Translations under genes and position numbers: made by a program | The notes under the pieces: model-generated | Database searches by the model: none | What the model saw: the letters and a program-made list of their open reading frames with translations, nothing else | What the model was told of the DNA's origin: nothing | From: the human T2T-CHM13v2.0 reference genome, Homo sapiens | Direction: 5' to 3' (one strand) | DNA: 64,000 nt | NCBI RefSeq assembly: GCF_009914755.1 | Contig: NC_060928.1 | Shown here: one piece after another, positions 14,801 through 28,556 of the stretch | Layout: each line of letters starts with the position of its first letter | Numbering within the stretch: position 1 is the first letter of the stretch

Positions 14801-16503
14801 ATTTTTCTCTTCAACTCTTTAAAATACTCTCCTAAGAACTTAAGCATAAGAGCTCTGTAAAACTGAAAATTACGGAAGAAAATTCAAAATTAGGAAAGCT
14901 GATATTGTTTTGTAAGACTAGATTCATAATGTTAAATGATTCCCTTTTTCTCTATCAAATTATAAATCTAATGTATGCTCAATAAAGTCATTTTAATTTA
15001 AAACTAATCTCCAGTGGTGGTTAACAGGTTGCTGGTTTTAAATGACATTTTGGAGGCTTAAAAATGTATTTTAGACTTACTTTTGGCTCTTTTATCATTA
15101 AAACTGATTGAAAATGTATTGGCATTCTCTGACCTTTTAGAACTAATGACATACTTATGCATAAGGCCTAGTTTAGTAACCAACCTCAGAAATTCCAAAT
15201 TAAAAACTTCACTTTGAGATCCATTTCACTTTGATTCCTGTTGACAACTGCTGCTTACCCTTTGAACTTTCATGCTTCTGGGACTGGCAAAATGGGTGCA
15301 ATTTTCCTCAGAACTACTGATTGATTGAATCTCTGAAAAATGGGGTTGCTAATGGCACTAGAATTTATATAGTGGTTTTATATAGTGGCTTAGGCCTCAC
15401 TATAATTATTTTAAAACATTAAAAGCTAATGGATCACTACAGAGTGGCAGGTTCTGACTCAACTGCAGTCTTGCTTCATGCTGTTTGACAAACGACTAGT
15501 CATCTAGACAATATTTACTGTTTCGGTGCCTTTCCCAGCCCTCATTTCATTGCCAGGTCTGTGGTAAAATCAGTAGGTTAAAAAAAAGTATAAAAAGAAA
15601 AGAGAATAATTTTTGAGACCTTCTGGAAAGTAGCATTTGTATATATGTAAAGAATCATACTATATTCCTTATTCAAACCATGCATTGTGTTCTTCTTTTG
15701 GTTGGTTGTTTACTTTATTGGTGAGCAAATAGGCAATTGGTATACAATGATGTGTTAAAAGTAGAAAACAAAACACCTACAGTGTAAATCAAGTAATTTA
15801 ATACACAGAAAATAAATAAAAAATACATGAAATGTTAAATATGGTGGAAGTGAGAAAAACACAGGGATGATATATAAATTGTCTTTTAAAATTGCAGTGT
15901 ATCCCTCAATCATACTATCTGAAAGCTTTCTGAAGATATTAAGGGATTTGTTTGAATATCTTTCCCTCTTTTCAATTGAATTTCTAAACTTTCAAATGTT
16001 TTAATTTTGTAGTATTAGATAGGAAAATGCTTTTTACGATACATTTAAGCCTTTTTCCAGAATCTTAGCCTTACACCCTTATAAAATATCTAGCATATCT
16101 AAAGCCAAACCAGGAAAGAAAGAATGAGGCTACTTGGTTTCTCCTTTTTATTTTTTAACAAAACTTCTAAAATATCAAAATGGAACAGATATAAGAGCGT
16201 GAATACAAAAGCTGAAGATATTTCTAAATATATGTGTGTGGTTTTGACAAAATGCTACGTAGTAGAAACAATACATGTGATGGGAAGTATTCTGGGAGTC
16301 AATAAGTGTTTGGGACATATTCCTCCATTGTTTTTGAAACTTATATCAATGTTCTGAAGATATAGTCTTATTTTTATCATTAACATTTACAAAGGTAGTT
16401 TTGACAGATACTGGAAATGAGAACAGAAAAAGAAATAAACAAATACATTTTTGTTGCATATAAAAATAATGGGAAATTTAAGGAAGACATGTGGCAGACT
16501 GGC

Positions 16504-16914
16504 TGTCTTAATCCATTTTGTTTCACTATAAGAAAATATCACAGAGTGGGCATGATATAATAAATGAAATTTATTTTATAGTTCTGGAGGCTGGGAAGTC
16601 CAATATCAAGGTGCTGATATCTTGTGAGGGCCTTCATGCTGCATCATCCCATGGTGGAGGGCAGAGGGGCAAGAGAATGTGAGAGAGCCAGAGAACTTTC
16701 CAGAAGTAGCCAGAGAACAATAGAAAGCTGAACTCACTTTTGTAAAAACCTGCACTTGTGACAATGAGCCTGCTCCTAAAATAATGATATTAATCTATTC
16801 ATGAGTGTTCTGCCTGTATAGCCTAATCGCCCCTTAAAGATTACATCTGTTAAGACTATCACAATGACAGTTAAATTTCAGTATGAATGTTCGGAAGGTC
16901 ATTCAGCCATAGCA
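16504..16914 (-). mobile_element. MaLR solo LTR (MST family, MSTC/D-like)
   Basis: tgtcttaatccatttt...gttctggaggctgggaagtccaatatcaagg...ccatagca; 5-bp TSD ctggc/ctgac. Confidence 0.85.
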
Positions 16915-18507
16915 CTGACCCGTTCTGCTTTGTGCTAAACCTGCTTTGATTATCCATTAATATTGTGAGATGCAAACCTATGAATTAGTGGAAATTTCAA
17001 TGAACAGCCACAAATACTACCAAGCCTTTCGACCAAAACATTCAATTTCAGATATTTAGAAGCTTGTTTAGAAACACTCTCTTAAAACAGATAAAAGAAC
17101 TTCTAATTTCAATGTCATTTCAGAATCTATAAAAAAGTAAACTTACCAATTCAAAATGGATTTAGCACTCCCATAAAAAAGAACTTTGCTAATTAATGTT
17201 CTGGAAAATTTATTTGCCTGACCCAATAAAGTTCTTGTATAACAAGCTACTTTCAGTGGATATTAGTGCATTTCATTCATACTATGATCAGACTGTCCAG
17301 TAGAACTGAATGCAAAGCAATTAGTGCAATGGAGGAATAAAAGGCTTTATTAAATGAGACCTAGAGATAGAATTTACAGAAAGGGTTTCTAAATGCTATC
17401 ACTGCCACTATGCTTGGAGACAGGAAAGTTAATCAATTTGCGGTGGGGAATTAATGATAAACATTATGTGTATTACTCACCCATATGTTCTTAACATTGC
17501 ACTTAAGAGAGTTTATATTTCAATGCAGCACTTACCTCAGTATTTTTTACTGTTACTTAACATACAACTGTGTCAAATTGTAATGTAGCCCACCTTACAA
17601 ACTGGAAACCTGAAATCTGTGATTGATGTTCAATGGGCTCTTTTTTTCCCTAGCTCTTTAGAAACAGTGGGAATTTTATACAGGCTAGAGTAACAAAAAC
17701 ATTGTGAAAGTAAGAAACTGCCAAGTAATATGTTTTTGTGTAATAAAATTCAATTTAGTTCTAATATGAGTTATAGCAATTGGCACTTAAAAGTTAAGTT
17801 AAAATCAGCATGTAAGGTTTATGTGTGGTAACCAGCACCCATTTAATTTGATTTTAATTTTTAATTTAGCATTTTTCATATCTGCTCATCAGAAATATTT
17901 TATGGTATTGGGTCTGGTAAAATAAACTTAACTGCTGGTATTAAGTCTGAAGTTTCAAAAATTATAAAGATCGTCTCCTTCTGTAGGAAGTTCTAATTTG
18001 AAATAACATATTTTTATTTGCTCAGAACATTCTTATTTTAAGTAAATATGTATAGATGGCATTTGTATGTATAAAAGAATTCTATTAATTTTAATAGATT
18101 AAATATGATAAAATATTAAATTATATAATTAACTACATAACATAAAATTAACTAACTACATATTAAATTAACATTATGTTAATGTTAAGTATAAACATTT
18201 TATATTTTAACTGTTAACATTAAAATATATTAAAAACTGAAACGCATTATTCAACCAACATGGAACTCTTCAAACTAGAAAAGCACAAATAATATAAAAG
18301 TGGTGGAAAGAAGGAACTGCTATTTATAAGCTTTACAAGTATCATAATGCCTATGACATGTAAATATTAAGTCAGAGAAGTCTACAGGAAATTTTCATTT
18401 CAATTACATGATCTAATGTCTTGTAGCCTTCTTTTGCTTATTTGCAAATAGACCTATAGCCAGTCCATAACAATATTTAGTCATTTAAAACCAACTGAAA
18501 TAACAAT

Positions 18508-19443
18508 TATATTAGTCAGATTATCAAGAGAGACAGACCCAATAGGATACATAGAGGCGTGCATTGAGGATATTGCAGGTTCAGTTTTTGCCACCACAGT
18601 AAAGCAAATATCCCAAGAAAGTGAGTCACACAATTTTTTTTAATTTTCCAGTGCATATAAAAGTTAGGTTTACACTATACTGTATTCTTTTAAGTGTCCA
18701 ATAGCATTATACCTAAAAAGCAATATACATACCTTCATTTTAAAAATACTTTATTGCTAAAAAATGCTGATGGAGAGACATGAAGTAAGCATGTACTGCT
18801 GGAAAAATGGTGCTTTGCAACACGGGGTTACCACAAAGCCTCAATTTGTAAAAATAAGTTTGTAAAAAAATGTGTGAAGTGCAATAAAGTGAAATTCAAT
18901 AAAATGAGGTATGCCTATATATAGATAGATAGAGATGTAGATATAGATATTTGAGTGGGGATTTATTAGAGAAATTGGCTCACATGATTATGGAGGCTGA
19001 GAATTCTCATGACAGGCTGTCTGCAACCTAGAGATTCTGAAACACTAAGAAAAGCCTCAAAACCAGGGAAGCTGATGATGTAATTCTCAGTCCCAGGCCA
19101 AAGGCCTGAGAACCTGGGAGTGGGGATGGGGCGGGGAACTAGCATAAGTCCTGGAGTCCCTAGGCCAGAAAACCAGGGATCCTGATGTCCAGGGGCAGGG
19201 GAAAAACTGTGTTTTAGCTCCAGGAGACATAGAGAGAAGAAATCCTTTTCTCTCCTTTTTTGTTCTATCTGGGCCGCCAGCTAACTGGATGGTACCCACC
19301 TACATTGAAGGTGAATCTTCCTCACTCAGTCCACTGAGTCACACACCAGTCTTCTCTGGAAGCCCCCACTGATACAGCCAGAAGTAACGTTTTACCAGTT
19401 GTCTGTTCCTGAATCCAGTTGACACCTAAAATGAGCCATAGCA
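18508..19443 (-). mobile_element. ERVL solo LTR (MLT2B/C-like), interrupted by a Tigger1 derivative
   Basis: tattagtcag...agacagacccaatagga start, aattggctcacatgattatggaggctga internally, ttgacacctaaaa...gca end; TSD acaat/aaaat. Confidence 0.85.
18554..18917 (-). mobile_element. Internally deleted Tigger1 (TcMar/pogo DNA transposon), 364 bp
   Basis: Both termini are present (gaggcgtgcattgaggatattgcagg... and ...caataaaatgaggtatgccta), flanked by a TA TSD; no transposase sequence. Confidence 0.85.
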
Positions 19444-21718
19444 AAAATAGAGAAATGACATTACCTATCACTATTTTTTCAATAAATCATGTTATAAAAT
19501 GTGCTTGAAAATTCTCTTTACTTGTATAAGATATAAAAAACTAACTTCATTCACAAAATAGCTTTTCTTCATGGATTCTGTCAAAAGAAAATAAGTCAAA
19601 ATATTTAAAACATTACATGTTTGAAGATGTTTATAGCAATGTAATATGTGATAGAATAAAAATCTCCAACTTTTCTAAACTAGGAGAATACTTAAATAAG
19701 CTATAGTAGAACTGACTGAGCAATATCATTCAGCCATTGAAGATGTAGTAAATAGGATACAAAATTGTATGTTTGACCTGACCATTACTACTGAAAAATC
19801 ACATTAAAAATGCCAAAAAAGGACATATCAAAAAATGCTACCTTGACCCCTTCTTCAGTATTGGGCTTCTGAATATATACACTGGGTTAGTTCTGGGAAC
19901 TAGATAAGAGGTTCCAAATTCCCACTCAGCAATTGAGGCTAGATTTCTGCCTTCAGATGTGGAATTTTTCTATCCATACATATCAAGAAGCACCTTAATG
20001 GTTTATAAAGTATAACCTGTAATTAATAGATTGTATATTATGTAAATTATGTAAATAGAGGCACCTATTTTATTTTTAGGGTCACTGTGATCAATAAGCT
20101 ATTACTATAGTTCTCTGAAGATAATACACTTCAATTATCACTGAGAAACAGCCATGACTCACTGTGGTAATTTTACCTCATCTCTTATAGTTAGTCATCC
20201 ACACCACGCCTTTACCTGGGATACTGCTTTCATTTTGGATCAAGAAATGCAATTTATTGCAGGATTCCCCAGTGTTATCTGAGACTTCAGAGGAGAAGCA
20301 CACAGAACTCTTCAGAGATACTTGTGTTCTGCCCCCTTCCATGCATTTTTTAATGTCTTTGTGTAGGGATTGGCCTTCTCATGTAAGAGAGGTGACCAAG
20401 TTTCTTGGAACAGATTCATTCCAACATTCCCACCTCCCTGAATCTCTACAGTAGGCCAGGGAGGTTGTATATAGGTTATTTTCAAATTTCATGCATTTTT
20501 GGTTCATTCTTTAATTAGCCAATCTAATGAATTACTACCACCCCCTGCCCAAGTATCAAGTCAGCACATTAAATCCCAAATCTGAAATCTTACCACCCAT
20601 GACAATATATTTGCCCTAATAGATACTTAATGTCATACTATTTGGTGTAAACTTTTATAAGTGGGCTTTATACTTCTTTGACTCAATTATTTTGGGACCT
20701 AATTTGTAGCATGGAGTCAATAAGGAGTAACGTGGTGAGTCCAGAAGAGATCTGTGAAATTTCCTATGTCAAGTTATTGAAAAGCATTTGTGCAGAAGAA
20801 GGCTGATTCCCTCAGAAGTGGTGAGAGGTTGCTTCCAATAACAAGAAGGTTCAGAAGAATTTGAAAGTTCAAATTTCTTATCAATGCATGAGATATCTTA
20901 TATGGCAGAAGATTTAATCAGCAATTAAGCTGTGCTACAGTCAAGCCTTAATCTTGTCCTCAGCAGTATCTACCCTAAAACTACAGGATAAAGAGAGTTC
21001 TTCAAAACTGCCATCAAGATATTAAAATTTTACCTTATTTCTGAGCTAGGCATTCATGGCCTTAAGTTTCTCATTTGCACTCTGTATTCATTCGGAGACT
21101 TCAGAGCAGTTAGCTGGAACCATAATCTTCAAAATCACTATTATTGCCATGGCCTTGCATTCCACCTGCACTTCATTCCATGCCAACTCTGGTGGTTATT
21201 TAAACAATTATAATGTAACCACAGGCTGTAAATTGTCACAGTTCCATTTCCCATCAATATGTGCTACAGAGATATGGGAGCAATCCAATCTCAGAATCTC
21301 ATTTTTATGGTTCTGTTTCAATTACTAAATTTAAGAAGGAAGTGTTTCTAGGAGGGTGGAGAGGGACAGCAAAAATGAGCAGGGTCAGTGCATCTTAGAT
21401 CCCAGAGGGATTGCAGGCTTGATGGAGGGAGGAAGGTCAAAAGATTGAAGATGGCATAGGAGATTGGAATGCTTGAAATTCAGATTACAGAAGGGTTTAT
21501 ATTATTCTTAATAATGGTAATATTCACTAATGCAACTTAAAAGGAATGTCATTGCATTCAATAGAAAATAACTATAAAATACATTTAATGTAAATGAAAC
21601 ATTGAATACAAATTAGTTCCATTGAATGCCAAAAGGAGTTTGAGATTTGAATTTTCTTTGTAAAAGTAAAATCAAAATTTCAGAACCTTATTATCTGAGG
21701 CTTTGTTCTTACCATGAT

Positions 21719-22260
21719 ATTACTGGGTATATACCCAAAGGATTATAAATCATTTTACTATAAAGACACATACACATATGGTTATCGCAGCACTATTCAC
21801 AATAGCAAAGACTTGAAACCAACCCAAATGCCCATCAATGATAGACTGGATAAAGAAAATGTGGCACATTTATACCATGAAATACTATGCAGCCTTAGAA
21901 AAGAATGAGTTCATGTCCTTTGCAAGGACATGGATGAAACTGGAAAACATCATTCTCAGAAAACTAACACAGGAACAGAAAACCAAACACCACATGTTCT
22001 CACTCATAAGTGGGAGTTGAAGAATGAGAACACATGGACACGGAGGGAAACATCACACAGCGGGGCGTGTCGAGGGTTGTGGGGCAAGGGAAGGGAGAGC
22101 ATTAGGACATATACCTAATGGATGAGGGGCTTAAAACCTAAATGACGGGTTGATGTTTACAGCAAACCACCATAGCACATGTATACCTATGTAACAAACC
22201 TGCACATTCTGCACGTGTATCCCAGAACTTAAAGTATAATAAATAAATAAATAAATAAAT
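21719..22260 (+). mobile_element. 5'-truncated L1PA (L1PA8-like): ORF2 C-terminus and 3' UTR with (AATA)n tail
   Basis: ORF-track peptides LLGIYPKDYKSFYYKDT and WIKKMWHIYTMKYYAA match the L1 ORF2 C-terminus. ggggcttaaaaccta in the 3' UTR is PA8-type. Confidence 0.92.
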
Positions 22261-23644
22261 TCTAAAAGGTAATTGTAAATGGAACAACTTACTCACTGTA
22301 ACATGATGTGATTTTTGTGCTCTCTCTCCCTACCACAAAAAGCCATCTCTTATACCCATGATAGACATGTCATGTTGTAGAAAATCTACCCTAGCTTGCA
22401 AATGGGTTCAATATAGTGAACCCATTATCCTGTGGACAACAGGAAACCGCACTTGTATCTCTTGTTCACTTCCTTATTACCCCCACATCTTCTGTCAAAA
22501 AAATAAAACACTTACAGATCTGGTCACAGTATCTCTCAATTTGACTATCAATAAACTTTAAGCAATACTTATATAAAGGTGACTGGCATAAATGAAGCAT
22601 TTCAGAGATGATATATACATTATCTCCTCCTATCTTTAAATGTAGAATATGCTTATGCTGGCAATGACTTCCACACAAATTCCAACAATATCATCTTTCT
22701 TTGTTTTTCTACATTGTGATTCTGTAAGTGTAAAACACGCTAATATTTATTTACATTTTAATTGATCAGCTTACATGAACTATTCAGTCAGCTTGAATAA
22801 TGAAAATTTTCTATTTACTATGAGTTTTTAGCCATTTTGTTAGTAACCTGTTTCCAATAAAGATCCAACTCTTGAAAAAGGAATGTTTATTTTTTTAAAA
22901 AAAGTATTAGTTTTCTCCCATTTTTTTCTAATTATAATTTATAAAATAATCCCACCATTCCAGATTACAAATTAAAAATGTTGTGAGTGTTTAAACCTAT
23001 AAGAAGTGGATTTACCAAACAACCAAATTGGAGACTCTTCAACAATTAATTGCTTTTTCATATTTCATGGAAACACAAAGATGCATATATACTCACACAG
23101 AATAAGACTTAGAATAACAAATTTTTGCCTGACTCAGATGGATTTATCAAATTTCCCAAACTTGCCTGAAGAAATTGCTTATTTTTAACAACTTTTTTAA
23201 GTAAGCTAATGTATACAGTAGCAAGGTTAATGTAGTTTTTCATGTGGTAAAACAATCACATCAAAATGAAAATCTGGTCAAGAGGATTTTCCTTAAAACA
23301 GAGGGGTCCTTTGGAAAATAAAAATTTTTCATGCTTTAGCAGAGCACTTTAAACTTATCAGGGGCTATAGGAATCCAAATACCCAACTTCAGAGTCAGAC
23401 CTTTGCACACTCTGAAGTGTCATGAAGTATCAGCCTAATTTTTGCAATACTTTTTTAGCAAGGTGAGATTATGTTTTTTTTTTAATTTGGCACATAATTA
23501 TTTTGTCCTTTACCTAATTCTCTCTTCTGGCATCCTGACTCTATGAAAATGCATATTTTTTTTCTAATTGTGGATAAAAAAAGGAGAAAGAAAACAAATA
23601 TCATTATTAAATTCACTATTCTCTCTCCTTATTTTCTTCTTTTA

Positions 23645-26600
23645 TTTAGTTTTTAATTGTGAAGTATTATTTGCCTACAGAAAAGTACGTAACATATTGT
23701 GCAGCTCAATGAATTACCAGCAATGGTCCACCTGTATAATTGCCACCTAGGAAAAGATAGAACATTACCAGTGACCCAGCCCCCATTTCCTTTTCCTCAA
23801 TCATTTTTCACTCTTCCCAAAGGTAACCATCCATGGGATCATCAACACTGCCATTCATGTTGCTTGCTTGTGAACAATTATTATACAGTGTGAATTATTT
23901 TACCCAACATTAGGTTCATAAAACCCATTAATGGTGTTGTTTATAAGTGAGATTTGCTTGTTTTCATTGTTGTGCAATATTTTATTGTTTGTGTTCAAAA
24001 AAAAACTTTAGATGAATGAAATTTAACAGAGTTGAATTGAGCAAAGAGCCATTCAGGAATTGAGGAGCCCCTCAAACCAGATAGGTTCAGAGCAACTGGG
24101 GGGCTGCCACAAGATTAGATAATATTTATGGACAGAAAGAAGAAAGTGACATACAGAAAATGGAAGTGAAGTACAGAAACAGCTGGATTGATTACAGCTC
24201 CACATTTGCCTTATTTGAACACAGTTTGAACAGTTGGTCACCTATAGTTGGCTGAAACTCTGTGATTGGTACAAGAGTAGGTTACAGTCTGTTTGTACAT
24301 CCAGTTAGGTCACAGTTCACTACGCATGAAGAAACCTTGAGGCCAAACTTAAAATATGTAAGGAGGTATCCAGTCTACTCTCAAAGTATGTTTGGGCTGT
24401 TTCCAGTTTAGACTATTATGACAATGCTTCTACAAACATTTCTGTCTCTTGGTATGTACATTCATCTAGTGGGTATGTACCTAATGGGGGAAATTTCTGT
24501 ATTCTAAGATATGCATACGTTAGTTTTCAGAGATCATTTATCAGAATGATTGACTGAACCAATTTGCAATCCCAACAACAGGGTACAAGCATTCTGATAG
24601 TCCCATGTCCTTGCCAACACTTGCTATTGTAAATCTTTTTATTTTAATCATTCTGGTGGCTGTGGAGTGGTATTTTTTTATTTTGTATTTCCCCAGTAGT
24701 TAATAAGATTGCTACCTTTTCATATATTTATTGGCCATTGGTTATCTTCTTTTATGAAACCACCTATCCATTTTTCTGATTGTTGTCTCATTTATTCTTA
24801 TAGATTTATAGGAGTTAATATTTATTGATGATTTTTTGTTAGGTATATGTATTATAAATATCTTCTACTGTGGCTTGTCTTTTCACTCTCTTTATGGTAT
24901 CTTTTTAACTATGAAGTATTACTGCAGTCAAATTATCAATCTTTTCTTTTGTGTTAATGCATTTTATGCTGTGTTTAATAAATCCTTTTCTACCCAAACT
25001 TGTGGATATATTCTCCTATATAGTTTTCTAGAAGCTTTATTGTTTACCTTTTATATTTATATCTATAGGCTGCATGGTATTAATTTCTGTGTATAGTATG
25101 AGTTAAGAGACAAGTTTCATTATTTTTCATACATATATCTAATTAACCTAGAACTACTTAATGAAAAGACCTCCCTTTCTCTGTAGTACATACTTTAGTG
25201 CCAGCTGGGTATAAATCAAGTGCCTATGTATGCATGGACAACTTTCATTTATTTATTTGGTTTATCCTTGTACAACTAACCAACTGTCTTAATTACTATA
25301 TTAATCTATAGTCATCAAGAGCCAGTTTTTTTCTTCTTCCTGAAGAGTATCTTGGCAATTTTTGTACTTTTGCAACTTCATATAAACTTTACATTCAGCT
25401 TCAAGCACATTTACTTGTGCACACACACATACACACAACCTGGGATTTTTAATTGGGAATTCACTGACTGAATCTATAGATCAATTTGAGGAGAACTTAT
25501 ATCTTTACACTATTAAGTCTCTCAATCAATGAACATGCTATATCTTCATTTATTGAATCTTCCTTTATTTTACTCAAAAATAGTTTTATAGTTTTTCATG
25601 TAGAGGTCTCTCATATCTTTAAATGAGTTTGTTCCTAGTTATTTGATCATTTAATGCTATTGCAAATGATATGTTTTTTAATTCTATGTTGTCAGTGTTG
25701 CTGTTATATATAAATAAAATCTTTTTTTGAACACTGATTCTGTAACATAGCAAGCTGATAACTAATTTATTAATTTTAGTAATTTATCCTTTGTTCTCTT
25801 AGATTTTCTACATACATATTCATATCATCACTAATCCGTAACTTTTGTTTCATTCTTTCCAATTCCTAAATACTTTTTTCTGATTTTTTTTCTTGGACTA
25901 CAGAGTCTAGCACAACTCCAATTCAATGCTGAATAGAAATGTTAGCAATTTGTGTCCTTTAAGACAGTCAAAAATTTTTATTTTATTAGTATGTATGATA
26001 CTTGATATAGATTTTCTTAAAGTACTCTTTATAAAAATAATGAACACTTTTTAAAGTTTCCAATTTGCTGGTTATTTCTAGGTTTGTTTTGGTTTTGTTT
26101 TTCTAAGACTGGATGTTGAACTTTATCTGTACCTTTTCTTCATCTGCCAAGATCATATAATTTTTCTCTTTTGGTCCTAAAGTAGCGAATTACAATGATT
26201 GATTTTTGAATGCCAAACCAATCTTGCTTTCCTATAATAAACCCTATCTGTTTATTTATGCAGTTCTCCGTTTGCTAATTTATTTACCTTTTGAATCTAC
26301 AATCATGTGAAAGATTGGCCTATAATTGCCTTTTATTGGAATAACTTTGTCAGGTTTTGTTATCAAAGTTGTGCTTTCTTTATAAAATGGATTGAATAGT
26401 GTCTTGCTTTTTTCTAACTTCATGAAGAATTTGTGTACAATTAAAATTAATTACTCCCTCATATATTTGGTAGATTTTGTTAGTAAGACCACTGGCCTTA
26501 CATTTTGTGGTGCGTAGGTTTTAATTCCGGATTTGAAATCTTTGATAGTTACAAAACCATTCAAATTTTCTATTTCTTTGGGGAGGAACTTTTTTAGGAA

Positions 26601-27070
26601 CTTGTCCATATCATCTTAATTTTCAAATTTATTGGCATAAATTTGTACATAAGTTATCCTTCTATTATCTGTAACATCTGTAACAATGTACTTTTAAAAT
26701 TCCTGTTACATTTTTGTGTCTTCACTTATTTTCCTTGTAAGTTTCAACAGCTTATTTTGGTCTTTTTATAGAACCAAACTTCTGTCAGATCAACCTTTTA
26801 ATTGCATTTCTTATCTATTTTGTTAATTTTTGCTCTTAATTATTTTCTTCCTTGTACTTGTTCACATTTAACTTGCTGATTTTTTTCAACTTCTTTAAAT
26901 TGATGAGTAACTCAGACTACTTTTCTTATACATTGCAGGCTATCAGTTTCCTTCAATACAATTTAGCTGCATCCCATCTACTTTCAAAACTTGTGAAATT
27001 TTGATATGGAGTATTTTTATTATCATCCTATTCAAAGTACTTTTCATTTCTCTGGTGATTTTCTTTGACC
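23645..27070 (-). mobile_element. Old L1M (L1ME/MD-like) antisense fragment, interrupted by a MER57-like LTR
   Basis: T-rich degenerate L1 landmarks: ttgggctgtttccagttt, catatatttattggccatt, gaatctatagatcaatttg, caatgctgaatagaa and ttagctgcatccca; boundaries approximate. Confidence 0.8.
23992..24366 (-). mobile_element. ERV1 LTR, MER57-like, missing its 5' terminus
   Basis: gattggtacaagagtaggttacagtctgttt...ccagttagg...aacttaaaatatgtaaggagg matches the recalled MER57 consensus in reverse. Confidence 0.8.
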
Positions 27071-28167
27071 CATGACTTCATTTATGCTCATTTGGGGATT
27101 TTCTTGTTGTCTCAGTCCCACCCTCATTTGGCAAGCCCTGGACCCCAGTTTTATTACCACCTAACCATTGAATACTTTTAAAGTGTTCCTCAGTTTGTTA
27201 GTTTCTTAGCTTTCTTTTTTTAAATTGGTATATGCCCCTCAGGGAAAACCATTTCCAAATATGAAGCTATCTTTCTGGGTTATTTTCTTCTCCAGGACTC
27301 TGGGCCTATAAATTTTTACTGCCTCTTTAGCTCTGAAAACACATTATGTATTCAATTTTTCTAGTTGTTGTCAGTGGGAGGATTGTTCTGAATGGCTTCA
27401 TCCACCAACCATTACCAACCATTACCAAAATTGGAAGTCAAGATTCCCATTACTTTTAATATTTGATTCCTAAATGTAATTATCAAATAACATTTTATTT
27501 GCATTCTACAAGAATATTTGAGTTCCTTGAGTTGCAATTTTTATAACAAAGATTAAAAAACTCAAGTATGCTTTTATGTGGGTGATAACAACTCTAATCA
27601 AGGCTAAAACTTTAATAGAAATGAATGCCCAATTAGCATTTTCATTCATAAATTTATTGTTCTAATTTTGTTATACATATTAACATCTTTTAGTCTTTGG
27701 CTATCATCTTGTTCACATTTTATTATTATTTTTTCAATTAGCTATTTTGACCAGAAAATCCTCATATGGATGTAAAAATAAATATTTTATTTTGCTTTTA
27801 CCTTTCAAAAGCTGGGTAAATAATTATTTTGCTTTTAAGAAGAAGGTATCTAAAATGCATTGTAACTTATTTTGAAAAATGGGTTCCAGATATCAGAGGT
27901 TAGCCTGTTCTGAATATAATACATCAGGGGAATAGCTTAGAATATAACCAAAGGGTGTACTTACCCCACGTATAAAATTTAGACATATTACGTAGTGGGA
28001 ACTCGTGGTTGTAATTAAAATATGCCTGATATTATAGTAAATCGAATCCTGTTAAGTCATTCACGTATTGATAGAACTACATGAATGTAGTATTGTATCT
28101 CTTTATTTCCACCGTGAGTATAAAACTAACTTCTTTTAGAAGGCCTATTAATAGTTCACATATAGCA

Positions 28168-28550
28168 TGTATTAGTCTAATAATATTGCCATAAAAAATA
28201 ACACAGACTCGGTGGCTTAACAATGGAAATTTATTTCCTCAAAGGTCTAGAGGCTGGAAGTCCAAGATCAAGGTGTCAGCCAGTTTGGTGCCTCCTGAGG
28301 CCTCTCCCCTTGGCTTGCAGATGGTCACCTTCTTGCTGTGTCCTCACATGGCCTTTCTTCCATGCATGTGCATCCCTGGTGTCTCTTCCTTTTCTGATAA
28401 GGACACCAGTCATATCGGATTAGAATCCATGCTTACAATCTCACTTTACCTTGATTACTTAGTTAAAGGTCCTATCTCCAAATAACAATCACATTGTGGG
28501 TTAGAATTTCAGGACATGAATTTGAGAGAGAAATAATTTAGTCCATAACA
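28168..28550 (-). mobile_element. MaLR solo LTR (MLT1A0-like)
   Basis: tgtattagtc...ggctggaagtccaagatcaaggtg...ggacaccagtcatatcggatt...gtccataaca; TSD tagca/cagca. Confidence 0.88.
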
Positions 28551-28556
28551 CAGCAC

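Noticed and set aside
21714-22118. ORFs resembling the C-terminus of L1 ORF2
   Set aside because: Frameshifted remnant of a 5'-truncated L1; it cannot encode a functional ORF2p.
27403-27428. Short tandem duplications (accaaccatt twice; similar ones at ~15364 and ~38701)
   Set aside because: Ordinary slippage products.
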